From positions 923,874-987,873 of the forward strand of contig NMRA01000016.1 in NCBI GenBank assembly GCA_002633005.1: a stretch of DNA of 64,000 nt, given 5' to 3'. Each line of letters begins with the position of its first letter. Within the stretch, counting starts at the first letter, position 1. The notes under the pieces were generated by a model. It had not been told where the DNA came from. It saw only the letters and a program-made list of their open reading frames with translations, and did no database searches. Shown here piece by piece: positions 41,282 through 54,300 of this stretch. The DNA is from Phoronis australis (Eukaryota; Animalia; Phoronida). The position numbers and the translations under genes were made by a program.

Positions 41282-42105
41282 GTGGGTCAGTAATTACGTG
41301 GCCGTAAAACGGCATTAAAGTCGTAGAAGCACACGTTTTTAACCTTGTGAAATGGACATAATAAATTATAAGGTACCACGCAGCGCCTGTCCCATAACCA
41401 ATACACTATCTGTAGTCGAAGAAATTTTAAATAAACGCGTCACTCACGATTCCGACCCAAAGACATACCGCAATATTGAACTAAGCGCGAAGCCGAAAGT
41501 AAAATTCATTCAGGAACCCAGGTTTTAGTACGTCGCCGCTTGTGCGAAGGGAACAATGTCTGTTACTAACGTGGAAATGGGGATAAAATAATCGACTGCG
41601 GACCTTAACTTTAATGAAACCAAAATAGGGACAATTTGCACTGAAATTTTGACGGCGAGGACCGATCGAGACCACTCGCACTGACTAAAGACGAAGACAT
41701 GCCGTCCCCGGATGCTTCATCGGACAAAATGGTTCAAATCATAAATGCCATATACGTACAAAGCCAGTTCCCAACACTTGCATAAAATTACGGACTAGTC
41801 ACAGTCCTGTGCCAACGATTGAATAACAAGGCCGACTATGGCGGACTAATAGGCTAAGCGTGTTTTACTAGTTGTAACTAAACTCTGGTAAACAAGCATT
41901 ATAAACAAAACAATGAACATGCATCATCAAAATAATTCAATAAAATTAATTGTCATACAGTTAAACTTGCGAAAATATCGAAAATTTATATAGATGGAAA
42001 CTGAAATACCGGCGGTAGGCGGCTGACTGCCAAGAGGAAGCCATTTGGTGGCGAAATAACTTCATACGGTGATAGACTGTGCGCAGTGTGTTTTACACGT
42101 TGTAG

Positions 42106-42264
42106 TTGTGGTCATTGGAACGTTTTGCACGGATGACTTCGACTGTAAAACTGAGGATTTGGAAAACCCTCTCAGATGTCTAACCGACTTATATGGCTAC
42201 CGGAAGTGCAGGTGTGCAAGGATTGGTTACTACGGGGAAGACCAGGCGACAATATGTAAACGAG
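42106..42264 (+). CDS. Gene B repeat exon 2
   Basis: ttgtag / GTAAGC, 159 nt; VVIGTFCTDDFDCKTEDLENPLRCLTDLYGYRKCRCARIGYYGEDQATICKR. Confidence 0.85.
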
Positions 42265-42581
42265 GTAAGCGAAGGACATGCGTGTCCATCAGTTGTTGTG
42301 CTTTGCTATTATCTCAATGTAGGTATGTAGGTGTTTTCCAATATTGTAGAAAATTTACATTTTTGTTTCTAAATCAGTTTTTATATTATTAACAGAGTAT
42401 TTGCAATGTACCAAGAAATTGAACTGCGACGAAGTTTGAACCCTTTCATTACCTTTATTTCAGAAGTTTTTATTGAGAAGTTTTAATCCTGTGTTCTATG
42501 GTCACTACGTTGCATAACTAGTTTTTGACTTGAAATTGCAATTGTTCTTTTCTGCGAATGCACAACTGCCACCAGTATGAA

Positions 42582-45084
42582 GGTTATCTCAAACCTTATT
42601 GACAAAAGTGGCCATTTTACAATATTTCACACATAACTAGCAAACTATTTTATTTTCATTCTCTGGGAAAATCAAACACAAAATATATACCGTGTAGCGC
42701 GAAAAAAAGACTTACATGTAGCAGAACCACCTTGGAACTGCACAACCGCGTGGAAATTTGTTAATAACATTATCCGAGGTGAAAGGTTTTAGTGCTCCCG
42801 CCAGGTATACAGAACAGCCTGTTATGTGCCCTCAGTTCTTTCATTTAAAGAGTCGCCATTATATTGAGTCAACGAGGTGTACATGTGATAGAACGGTACC
42901 GGGGAAAACAAAGGCAAAACGTATTTTGTATTTTCTATCCTGAGGTAGTTGTGCGTCTTCACCCAAACACAACTGTACATGTACGACTATCGAGAACGAA
43001 TGTTCCTCGTCGCCTCACGCCTCTGTGACTCTGAGAAAAATCATCACTCGAATTCCTTAGTTTGATTGGTAAATTGACCTTTCGCTGTTTTGATCTCGTG
43101 CTGACGGCGTGCTTTAACCACCGACTCCGTTTCTAACTTGGTTTTGTATCAATCTGGCGGCTCGTGCTTTGTATTACAACAGTTGATTTCGTCTCTTGGA
43201 TGGAGACTGTAAGAAGAATTAATGTTTTAGCGATGATTAACTTTACTACGCAATAAAAGGTAAGTTGACATTGCAAGTGAAAGTTGAAATACCTAACAAC
43301 GGCACGGTGGATTCAGTCTAAACTTTGCAAACTTAATATTCATTCATCAATCTCATAAATGCTTAGTTTACGGGAAATGTAACGAAGACGAATACGACTG
43401 CTATTTTTTACAAAAAATACCTTACGTTTTGCGAGGCTAATCAAAATTTCTAACGACGTTTTTGAGATACTTGGCGACGTTTTCATTTAAAAGAGGTCTC
43501 ATTAAAATCGACCAAGGTGTTTTTTATTTTTATTTATTTTTTCAAAACGTTTATTTACTCACAAATCATATCATTAGTGATTCGTAGATACGGCTGGGGT
43601 TGGGTGGCCCCAACTACCTATCTCAATAACATACTAGTAGAGCATTAGTCGGACAATACGTCATACAAATAGAACAAATAAGTATCTGGAAAATAACTCC
43701 TAGTGATTGGGAGGATACTTAGCCGAGATTCTTAGAAAAGGGGAGGCAAACGGAAAGGGGAAGGACTTTCATACACTCATTCACACTCACATTCACATGG
43801 TTCAATTAATTTAACTTATGTTTACATTTTCGCAGGTGCATGTTTGTGAAAAGGTCAGTTTTTTACAATACAACAGAAGTGGTTAAAAATATCACCACAT
43901 ATTGTTAGAATCATTTTAAAGAGATACCTGCTAAAACCCTCCACTGAAGTTTTGTCCGAGGCGAGAGTTACACACTGAGCCATCTATGTACCACTTCTTA
44001 GTTTGCTTCTTTGGCAATCTAAGTAAAATCTTCAATACCATATACACTCATGCCCAACATTATATTTATACATCATCGAGAGATGGGACTCAGCCCTGTC
44101 TTAATAAGTTCAGATGTACATGTATCCTTTTTGAATGAACCTCATTGCGTGTTTGTTAAAAACTTTATTTATGAAGGGAAGTAAAGAATTTCAGAAACTT
44201 TTAATACAGAAGCAAGTGTAAAACATACATGTATGCTGAAAAGTCTGGACCTCGCCATAGTAGGGACATTGGTCTGTTTGTGAAACACCAGTTACTTTTA
44301 ACATTATGTTTGTATAAATTCTTTTGTGAGTGAAAAAGTATTTAAACATTGTGTAATTTAAGGGTTTATGGGCCATTGAAATGGAAATCATATGGTTCTT
44401 TAATTTCGTTGTCTGTGTAATAGTTGAGTAAAGACGCATAATTATCTGGTTTTACAGAAAACTTGTGAATAAATATGATTTTAATCCATGAATTGGAACT
44501 ATTGAACAATAAAAATGTAATATTATTACAACTAACAATCCTTCTATCGGACACACTCAGAACTTTTTTCAGCCTCGTTGTAGTGTAAGAAAATGGTATG
44601 ATATACGTACCCTTCAAGTTATATTTTTTCTCAATGCTTTCCCTTTTAAGACGTTTGTTTTGACTATCTAAAATCATCACAAAATATGAGGCCTGCATTG
44701 TACAGATCTTGGTAAAATAGTGATTTACCCTGAACAGTTAAATTACAATTGTTCCGTATAACTTGTTTGACTATTGGTACTTCATTAAATATTTCGGGAT
44801 TGAGAATATCCAAGGTTGTGAGAACATCCTTGTAAAGAGGGTTAAACTTTATAATTTCGCATTTTAGGGTTTCCAGTTGAAAATTAGACGAAAACATGAG
44901 GACACCGCCAATATGACTGAAGAGATGCCTCGGGTATATCCTCTAACTTGCCTCATCCTCTGTTTTAAAATTATATAATTCCTGATCTTTTTTGTTCAGA
45001 AAATATATAATTTTGTTAGTTGACACAGCCTGTTTTTGATATACAAGTTAGAATCGGGACCACTAAATAATGTTTGAGATAAAC
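42582..45084. mobile_element. K1 copy 3, interrupted by a LINE fragment
   Basis: GGTTATCTCAAACCTTATT left TIR; AAATAATGTTTGAGATAAAC right TIR; body colinear with 31835-33211. Confidence 0.75.
43520..44950 (-). mobile_element. Tx1/L1-clade LINE 3' fragment, degenerate
   Basis: Minus ORFs QVIRNNCNLTVQGKSLFYQDLYNAGLI and KYFFTHKRIYTNIMLKVTGVSQTDQCPYYGEVQTFQH..FYTC (zf-RVT-like); AATAAA plus A-rich tail at about 43520-43555. Confidence 0.75.
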
Positions 45085-45170
45085 TAAAGCTGATTTCGGT
45101 TGCATGTTTAGGAATGCTTGAGTTTCGAAACTTAATCTTCAGAAACTAGTTAACGCGATTTTCTGTACAG

Positions 45171-45314
45171 AGGACAAAGTCGGTATGACCTGCACTACCG
45201 ATTCTGTGTGTGAACGAGCTCTTGGCAGCAGAAGGAGCAGCTGTGTGAGTAACAGATGTGCATGTGTGGCAGGGACTTATGGGAACGATGGGGAGCAGAA
45301 GTGTAGAGTAATAT
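45171..45314 (+). CDS. Gene B repeat exon 3
   Basis: tctgtacag / GTAAGT, 144 nt; DKVGMTCTTDSVCERALGSRRSSCVSNRCACVAGTYGNDGEQKCRVI. Confidence 0.85.
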
Positions 45315-45826
45315 GTAAGTGGCTAAGAAATGTACATCATGTCAAATTTCATCTTATTGAATTTGGTAACTGTTCGCTCGGCTGTCTATAACTGAAACTA
45401 TTTTGTTCAATAAGATTCCTTTATAAAAAACGCCCAAGATCCCTTTTATCAAAGATCGTAAATCCGGCAGTAGCTAAGACGGTCGTAAGCACGGTTTTGT
45501 AAACACTACGCTACATGTTTTTGGATCTACGAGTGTAAATATTGCAAATGGCGCCAACTTGATTTTTATATATACATGTATCTTTAACGACCACATTCAC
45601 GAGACACGTTATAGAGAATTGTGAAAAGTCGAAGTCAAAGATATGGCCGTTTTAGCTAAAATCAGACTTACAATTTTTGAAAAGTTTGTGGTCCGTAAAA
45701 CTGCAGCGACGTTGTCGCAAATACTAAATACAAGAACAAGTTTTGCTATGTTGATTCAAGTATACAAGACGCGTGTTTTCGCATGCAAATATTTCACAAG
45801 AGCTTCACCGCGTTTGTTATCTTCAG

Positions 45827-45982
45827 ATGGTATTGGAAAAGTGTGTGTTGAAGATGGTTTTTGTACAACTGGAACAGATCATAGTTACTGCAAGGGTGCA
45901 GACTTTTGGAACTACATCCCAGGCGAGTGTCACTGCGTCAAGGGCTACTTCGGTAACTTCTCGTCAACAACGTGTTTGAAAG
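45827..45982 (+). CDS. Gene B repeat exon 4
   Basis: tcttcag / GTATGT, 156 nt; GIGKVCVEDGFCTTGTDHSYCKGADFWNYIPGECHCVKGYFGNFSSTTCLK. Confidence 0.85.
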
Positions 45983-46631
45983 GTATGTATGTACACCCAA
46001 GTCAACGTGAACCTTACACAACCCATAACTCCTTGCTTGGTGTCATATTTCCAAAACGTCACAAATTGGAAGTCATTAACATTGCACTGAAATCTTATAG
46101 TGAAAGTTATTAAAACGCGAGACACTCTCATTCAGCAAATTTCATTGAACATTGTACCAGACGGATCTATGTTTGTGATGCCAAATCAAAACTGGCAAAT
46201 TACTCTCGCGAACGTTTCTCCGTTCAAATTGTATTGCTCTTTCAGGGTCTTCGATTATGGAAGCTTACTGAATTTTGTTACCTGGTCTAAAAATGTACTG
46301 TGGTGAGAAGTTCAGTCGTGTTTAACGTTTGCCATTTATTAACAATTTCCTGATGCACGTGCTAAAATACGTCAATAAAAATAAAATGTCACTTTACAAC
46401 GAAGTATCTGACTGGATTACACATCAACTGCATACATGTACATGTAACTGGCTGCTAGGTGTATAATTAGTAATACGGGCGTCAGCGATACATTTGAACC
46501 AACATTTCGAGCTCCAACATTATTTCTACGAGACAAATGCAAAATCAGTTACTAATGTATGCATACACCAAAATTTAAAAGTATGAATTCGATTATACGT
46601 CTCAAGTCACATAACGATATCTGGTGACATC

Positions 46632-46790
46632 CAGTGGTGAATTTAGAGGGGGCCATAGGGGCCATGCCCACCCTAAAATTCTCCCATATTCCATTTGGCA
46701 GTTCTTTTTTGTATGGATGTCTGATTGGCAAAATCCTGGCTAATTCTCTGTCCTGGCTCCTCTAAATTCAAAATCCTGGATCCGCCCTTG
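46632..46790. mobile_element. Short hAT-like MITE, copy 3
   Basis: CAGTGGTGAATTTAGAGGGGG...GGATCCGCCCTTG; TGACATC occurs at both ends (TSD-like). Confidence 0.65.
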
Positions 46791-47344
46791 ACATCGACGC
46801 ACGGGGGGGGCTGCAAAATTCGTTAGAATCAAGGAAACCACAAACCTCTGAGGACACTTTTGACCTCCTGAACGATGGACATGTATTGCAAATAAGGGCA
46901 CCTCATTACCACACTGCATAAAAGGATGTGCAGTATCAAAACGGAATTGCCGTGTTTCTGGAAGAATATCTATGGTCTCCTCAAAAACATTGCACTTTGT
47001 TAGCATAGTTCGCAACTGAAATGCTTCCTTTGTACTATACTGTCGCACTGATAAGCCGTTCGAATTTGATTGTACGTGTATTTTGAAAAGCCACAGTTTG
47101 TTCTAGCCCCCAAGGCCGGCTTCGAAATGACTGGCGGGCTATTTCTAAAATATCTTTTGTTTTTGGTGCATGTAAAGATTTTGTTAACTTTTCATTATGT
47201 GCTCAGTGTTCCCAGTTAAAATGACACTTACATGTATTAAATGAAAATGATATTTGGCGCTTGTCAAAGTTGTTGACGGGAAATGTTTATCTACATGTAC
47301 TAAGAATCAATGGTGTAAAACAATTCCTTTGTCGTTCGTTAAAG

Positions 47345-47485
47345 AGGCAGTAATCGGAACAACGTGTGTTGACGATCACGCAGTGTGTAACACATCAATA
47401 CCTGGAAGTCTGTGTGCAGAGGATGGTTTCTGTGCTTGTAGCACCGGTTACTTTGGAAAACTAGGGTCAACTAATTGTACTAAAG
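47345..47485 (+). CDS. Gene B repeat exon 5
   Basis: ttaaag (or in-frame gcag, start 47351) / GTAAGA; AVIGTTCVDDHAVCNTSIPGSLCAEDGFCACSTGYFGKLGSTNCTK. Confidence 0.85.
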
Positions 47486-50400
47486 GTAAGATAAAGAGTG
47501 ATTCTTTTGAATATAAAATTCACACAGTAACCTTTCAGGCGCTGGACACTTGTTACACGGATATGCTATAGCGCTGACCTCTATATTGTCGAGTTACAGT
47601 TTTGTCAACGAACGTTTGACGACCTGAATAAAGCACGACATATCGCCACACGTATTTACTTTCGTATCGGTACAGAAACGTTTAGCGGTCCTATATTTCG
47701 GAACCTAGTTCACTCATAAACCGCATTTTCTTTTCATGAAAGAATGTCTGAATTCGAGGAGTCACTATTGACAGTATCTTCACACTTTCGATGTCTATAT
47801 GTAGTTGTTACGAAACAAAATACACATGATTTCGAAACAATTATTCTGAAGTATTGAGTTTTTCAGTCCGTGTGAAGGCTCATAACCAGGATACATAAAC
47901 TGTAGAATGTAATTGTTAGTACCGACAACAACAACTACACGGAGTATAAAATTTCCAGGTTTTCAGTCGCGAGAATTTCATAACGCTTTTCAAAATGAAT
48001 AAGTGTGATTTTTGAGTTTTAGACTCGCTCTTAGTTCAGTCAAAATTTCACATTTTATAGCAACTGAAAATTTGACAGCAAGAAACGCAAATTTCACATA
48101 CACCTGTAGTTGTAATTAGCCTATTTCAGAGCTTACTTTAAACTATGCCCCTCCGTCATGTTCAGTTTGTATCCCACTGTCATCAATGGTGTTGTCCATT
48201 GACTGAGGCCATCTTTAGTAGGTTTGACGGCAGAATTGATCAAGTTCAGTCCGACGACTGTTGCTGGTGGTATTGCTGTTGGTGGTTCGTCCAAATAAAA
48301 CAAGATGGTTGTTCAGCTCCGCTGGCCACTTCACATCAACAAAAAACCGAAATGCCGAAGAAATTCGACTTGGTGATACCTGAACTGGCCGGGACATCTC
48401 GGCAGTCAACTTCCACGGCAATGTATCTACACATTTTTATGGCACTCGTTCGAAACTCTGAGTACTTCACATTCGTTTGTTTGTGCCTTCTTGGCAGTGT
48501 GCAGCACCGTCACGTTCAGTCTGTTTCCTATTGCCCTTAATAGTTTCGTCCCTTAACCAAGACCAATTGTAAAAGGTGGGATAGCATAATTTATCAGGCC
48601 ACGTTGGTAGTGGTGTTGCTGTTGGTACTTTGGCTAAATCCATGAAGTTGCCTGTTAAGTCACGATTTGATAAGAATTGAGTTGAGAGGGAAAGCCCAGC
48701 AGCCAACTTTTACTAAACAATGCAACATCTCCAGTCCTTCCCGTGGCAGTCATTCATCAAGTTATACTCTTTCACAATGGTAGGAAAGGTACATGTAGCA
48801 ATGTCGGATGTGGTTTAATATGGCTGCTCATCGGTCAAACTAATGAAACCGACGTCATAACATTCAGTAATTCCCATTGGTTGAAATCTTGAAATCCTAT
48901 TTCAGTTTACTGTTGTGTACTACGACCTTTGACTTGAAATAGTTGGACTGAATTTCTTAAAACGGGCAGTGATCGAAGTAAACAAAATCAAGGAAACCCC
49001 GATCCAAAACAAGTACAGCGCATAATGGTGTGTGCATGTGTTGGCGATGTGATCGGTATACAGGTACTTCCGACTAAGCTATGCGCATTGATGCCCACAC
49101 ACGGAATTCCGTGTGTCGTTCTTCATGTTTCCACAGGACCACTTTTCAGTATAGGTGGCGCTGTATCAGAGGGTATAATCAAGACTGAGTTGTTCAAGCT
49201 CTTCCGTCTGTGTGCCTCGATGTTCCACCCTGCTCTCAATCAAGATTATCATCTGTGTAAATGATCACGATAATGTGCTGAAGAATTTTGAATTATGGGC
49301 TGCGGGTATGTTGTCAGGTGACTGGTAAGGTCAGTATTTAATGACCCGGCCCTTCTTTACCGGTACATCTACATCTCTGAGACAGCGATAAAGGTGATGC
49401 ATGCTTTTTCCAGTAGCAAGCTAAAGCTTGAAATATTGCGTCTTATGGCAAATGATCAGATATGGTGAAGGAGCCAATAAGACAAATAGTTCTGACTCTT
49501 CACAGTAGTTAGGAACACTCCACCTAACGTCGAAACGTGGCTACAGACTAAAATCTGACACAAGCAATTGTGGACATGAACGTTGTTAGGCCCAATGAGC
49601 TATATAATTATATCATTGATTAGGCCGGACTGGAAAAGGTACTGTAATGAATCGTTTAATAACACCTAGTTTTCCGTGTTCAAAAACAAAGTTATCCGTT
49701 TTAGCAAATAAAAATTCCTGTTTCGGTTATTTCAAATCATTAAATTCCATTTCACTAACTCAAAGTGATAAATAACCTCGGTATTGTCTTACTTTTTCGC
49801 TAAATTATGCCGCAGCTCCGTTTTACCGATAAGTAGCCTCGTTTTGTCATTGAGCACGTAGTCGGCTTCGTGAAATCTGGAAATGCAGTCAAGTTCCTGA
49901 CTGCACTGACTTTCTTATTTGGAGACGCAGCATTGACGGATCAACATTAAAACAATGATTCATGCAAGGTTGAACTAGTATTCATCATGTCTTAAGACAA
50001 AATCGCAATAAATGCCATAATGCAATGACAAACCATAGGTTATCAGATTGAAGACACTTTAGCTGTTCAGTAGGTTTTGTCCCGTTAAACTCCACCATTT
50101 CACGTCGCCTTTGTCACTTCCCGTGAATCTATCATCGGACAGGTGGTCGTTTTTCAACTTCTTCCTCTCCTTAACAAATATCACCCAGAAAGAGGTCAAC
50201 AAGTGACTGTATTGAGACAGGAATACATGACAGCACTGGTTCTTTCTCTTCTTCACCATTCCCCATCTACCCTCGTTTTGGTATCGAGGTTTTCGCTGTT
50301 TGTGTATGGGTTTACCAGTACTTCTGTATGGGGTAACTCAGTGATTTTCTGACTATGCTGTCTTTGGGGAAACGGGCTATAGAAGAGTTGAGCAAAGTCA

Positions 50401-51293
50401 GGAATATTGTTAACAAAAACAAACACTAAAATGTCAACTTTAGGTTTGGAAGGTTTTGTGGAAGAGGAATGCGGCGAGATACGTCCATAGTTCTTTTGTA
50501 GACTAAAATATTCTCTATATTATTAACTTTTAACTGATTTGTGTTGTTCGGAAAATCTCATTTCTTAGTAATACTCTCGGATTATTGATCGGAAACTCCC
50601 AGAAATCCATAACAACCAAAATATTCAGTTGATATAGGACTTGTCCTGTGCTTCCTATGCTGTCACACTTTGAAAAAAGCTTGTCGCGAGATCCCCTAAC
50701 AGAGAACTACAGTACAAACGTGTTTTGTACACAACGAAGCAATGTTCCCGTTTGGCCCCGTTAGTGCAGCAGATTGCAGGATTTAGACCTTGTCACAGCA
50801 AAGAGCGAGCCACCGCGTGAGATCTGTGGTTGTTCAATCACGCTTACGATAGCATGGGAACGAGACTACGATATTTTGGTTCATCCCCACGCCAAAGTGG
50901 CAATTATTGGAGTGTAGCAGGAGCTAGGTATCGACGCGGCGCACCAAAAAACGCCTAAGGCCACCAAACGTTTTGGTAGGCTAATTAGTTCAATGTGGTT
51001 CGTCCCGACCGTTCAAAGGAATAGGCTTCAGAGCATCACGGGCTATACTGCCGTATTTTACATTTGTGGAGTTTTTCTACCATGATGGCCTTCAGGCGAT
51101 CTCTATTAGAGACCTATCAGATGCTGGTGTTAAGATTTTCAGATAAAGAAATAACGACTTCAGTCGATAATTATTTACTTACATTGTGTGTTTAATGAAC
51201 CATGGATAAACATGGGATAATAGAGGATACTGCTCCATGATTGTGAGAATAATTATTAGTTATACTTATGACAATTTTGTCATTATCTTTTAG

Positions 51294-51428
51294 TTTCAGC
51301 TGTCATCGGCATGTCTTGTTCTACTAATAACACATGCGACAGTATTAAACACAGTTTGTGTGTGTCCGGCCAGTGTGCCTGTAAGCCTGGATTCTTTGGA
51401 AAAGTTGGAACGGACAAGTGTGACAAAG
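51294..51428 (+). CDS. Gene B repeat exon 6
   Basis: tcttttag (or in-frame ttcag, start 51300) / GTTTGC; SAVIGMSCSTNNTCDSIKHSLCVSGQCACKPGFFGKVGTDKCDK. Confidence 0.85.
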
Positions 51429-51742
51429 GTTTGCTTAGATTAGAGGAAAACAAACACAAAACCTTCATGAGGTTGAATATCACATAATCCCAAATTACCG
51501 CACTAGCGTAGCTTACATGCACCAAAGGTTTTTCATCTACGTTTTCAACGCATACCTAGAATGAGTACGCTTATTTCATTACTCGTAGTGAGTTATGACT
51601 ATCCAAAAACTAAAGGTGGTTCAGGAAGGCTCCGCAAATTACTTTTGTTAGTAAAATGCTTCCTATCGATCTATAGACAGTAGGTAATGCCTTAATACCA
51701 AGGTTAGTATAAGGGTTAACAAGTCAACAAGCGAAAAATTCT

Positions 51743-51962
51743 GGGGCCTGATCCAAGAAACTGGCTTAAGTTTATTTCTACTTAGTCTAAGATTTGTCTT
51801 AACCTCATAACATCTGGTAATAAGTCAAACTAAAGACAAAACTTAAGTCAAAAACTCATTAAGTCAAACTTAATATCGCTTAAGGTAAGTTAAAATTTAA
51901 TGTTAAATTTGACTAATAATTATTAATACCTCTCAGCTAAGTCAGTTTTCTTGGAACGAACC
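51743..51962. mobile_element. AT-rich MITE (Harbinger-like termini)
   Basis: GGGGCCTGATCCAAGAAACT...AGTTTTCTTGGAACGAACC imperfect inverted ends with internal CTTAAG/TAAGTC repeats. Confidence 0.5.
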
Positions 51963-52904
51963 TGAATTACATTTATGTAAGTGGGGTACTTCCGAAGTAG
52001 TATGCCATAACTAAACAAAAGTAAGAATTAAAATTGCAGCCTTGATCCTCAAAAATCAGCACCTTCATTAACGGGCTCCGATACGCCGTAAACTGTAACA
52101 ATTTCGTAAAATGTAACAACTGTTACATTTTACGTCATTTTTACATTTTACGTTGCTAAGCCTTTCCTAAAATGGAACAAGTTGTTACATTTTACGTAGT
52201 TGTTACATTTTATGTCGAATGCACATTCAAGAAATGTACCACTGTTACATTTTACGAAACCAACGTCATGTTACAACGACAATGGCCAAAATCACGAACA
52301 AGTGGTATCTGACACGTCCGGGGGAAGGCTACTGGAGTATTTTTGGACGAAGGGTGCCGCTCGAAAAATTTGGATACCTACACGTTTAAAGAGAAGCCTC
52401 GGACAAAAAAGTGACCCATATAGAGACTAATTTTGTCTAAAAATTCTCATTTTCGCACAATTCTGTTTCAGACATTCATAAATGGCACCCTTTTAGATAG
52501 TATTTTGTCCAACATGACAGCATTTTTTCAATGGGAATCCCCTCTGGAATGATACGGTATGAGTTTGACTAACCATTATCATTTTTATTACTATTTCATT
52601 GGTATTACTACTAATTACTACTATCACTATTATTGCGCGTTATCGTTATCGTTATCATTATTATTTTTATAAGTATTTTTGAATTTTATTTAACAAAGAC
52701 ACAGTGCAAAGTACACAATACATGAGTAGCAAAGTGGTAATACATCATGGTCCCCAAAGATTTAAAAATAATCTCATTTATAATGGACAGCGAGTGCTTT
52801 TTTTGGGTTCCCACTTTCAGCCTTAATGATATTGTAAGGAACGTCTTGACAGCTGTGGATGCAGAGTATAACTACTTTTTGGAAACTAGGAAGTTGAGAT
52901 TTAA

Positions 52905-53859
52905 ACAGTACACACAATGGATTTTTGCACATTTCGAATTACCGGTGGCCACAAACTAAATGTATGACGTAAAATTCAGCCAAATCCATGATTATTTCGT
53001 GTCATTAGCTCGAAATTTTGATTTCTCTTTCAATTTTGCCAATTTTCACATTTCCCGCCATGTGACATCATGGGTTGAACACAAGAGATCAGCGACTAGC
53101 ATTGAACAACGGCGGAGAGCAGGGAATTTGAAAGCGACAACGATTATGAGCAAGAAATGAACAAATACTATGAAGAAACGTACGAGAATGGTGGCCAGGA
53201 TGACGAAATGGGGTTGCACGAAAGCGTGAACGAGTTTGATATGTTTTCAGCTGCGTACTTTTCTACTTTGAGGCCTTACGAACTGGATCCTCCCGCGAGA
53301 GAAGCGGCCTCGGGCTCGGCCAGTCATCCAACAGACGATCATGAATAAAGAGCCGATGTTTCTGAATAGTAAATATTGTCCTTTATTGAACCAGGCCTTC
53401 ATCGTAACATCTCCTCTGATTGGAGTCGAAACACGACTCCTCAAAGTGGGCAGAATACAGAGTGGCTCCGGACAGAATCGCTTGGTCCACGCTGAGGTCC
53501 CACACTCTCGTTCGGCGCACGAAGCGATGCCACTACTGCGCAACTTTGGCGTCCTTCGGAACACCGAGACGTTCTCCGTCTGACTGCTGTTGCTGCAGCC
53601 TCCGCAAACACATCTTTTCATCCCTCTACGAACCTTCTCGACGCTAAATATACTTTACTTTCACTTAACTCTATACACTTAGTTGCTGATCCGAACAGTG
53701 TGCCGAACGACTTGGGTTCAACCCATGACGTTGTACATAATTATTACTTTTTTCAATTTTTACGTGTTTCTTCATGAACTGTGCACTAAAGGCATTGAAA
53801 TCAAATAAGATATAATAATAAAATTTATTTTGAGGTACTAGAGTCATGTTGCGTACACT
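52905..53859. mobile_element. Internally deleted Kolobok element: THAP remnant (-) and a convergent second ORF (+)
   Basis: TTAA at both ends; minus-strand MKRCVCGGCSN..SV/FPKD..*WHRFV..LYSAHFEE (THAP with frameshift and stop); plus ORF 53157-53348 with RPYELDPP; inner inverted repeat TCATGGGTTGAAC. Confidence 0.7.
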
Positions 53860-54300
53860 TTAAAATCTTGTTTAGATGTTCGTCAACCTCAAGAAGTGAG
53901 ACTACTTCTTAACTGTCGGCAAGCACAGTGTTGTTTGTAAATATAGCTATATCCTTTTGCCGTTTGCCACAAAGAACTGAATTCAGACCACAATCATTTT
54001 TGTTTGTTGTTAAAAACAATCCCTTTCAGAGAACTGGAGCTTGTTCCACGATGATTTGTATGTTCAGAAATTGCGTTACGTTGAACTCTGGAGGCAGACG
54101 ATTTTCAAGTACTGGCGCCTAGTCGGCTGTACCAGCGGTCACCGGGTCATTAGAATAGCTGGTAACGTACACGCAAAACACGCAACGGCCCCCAATATTC
54201 TTTGAAGAACACAGTGAGCTAACTGAGTGATTTGAACTAGGTTTCGTTTAAAGTGCGTTGTATGGAACAAAAACAGCCAACGTCGAAGTCAGCGATGTTT

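Noticed and set aside
49137-49256. Open 120-nt phase 1-1 segment (ccacag...GTAAAT) in a gene B intron
   Set aside because: Only one Cys, weak donor and no resemblance to the repeats; not called without transcript data.
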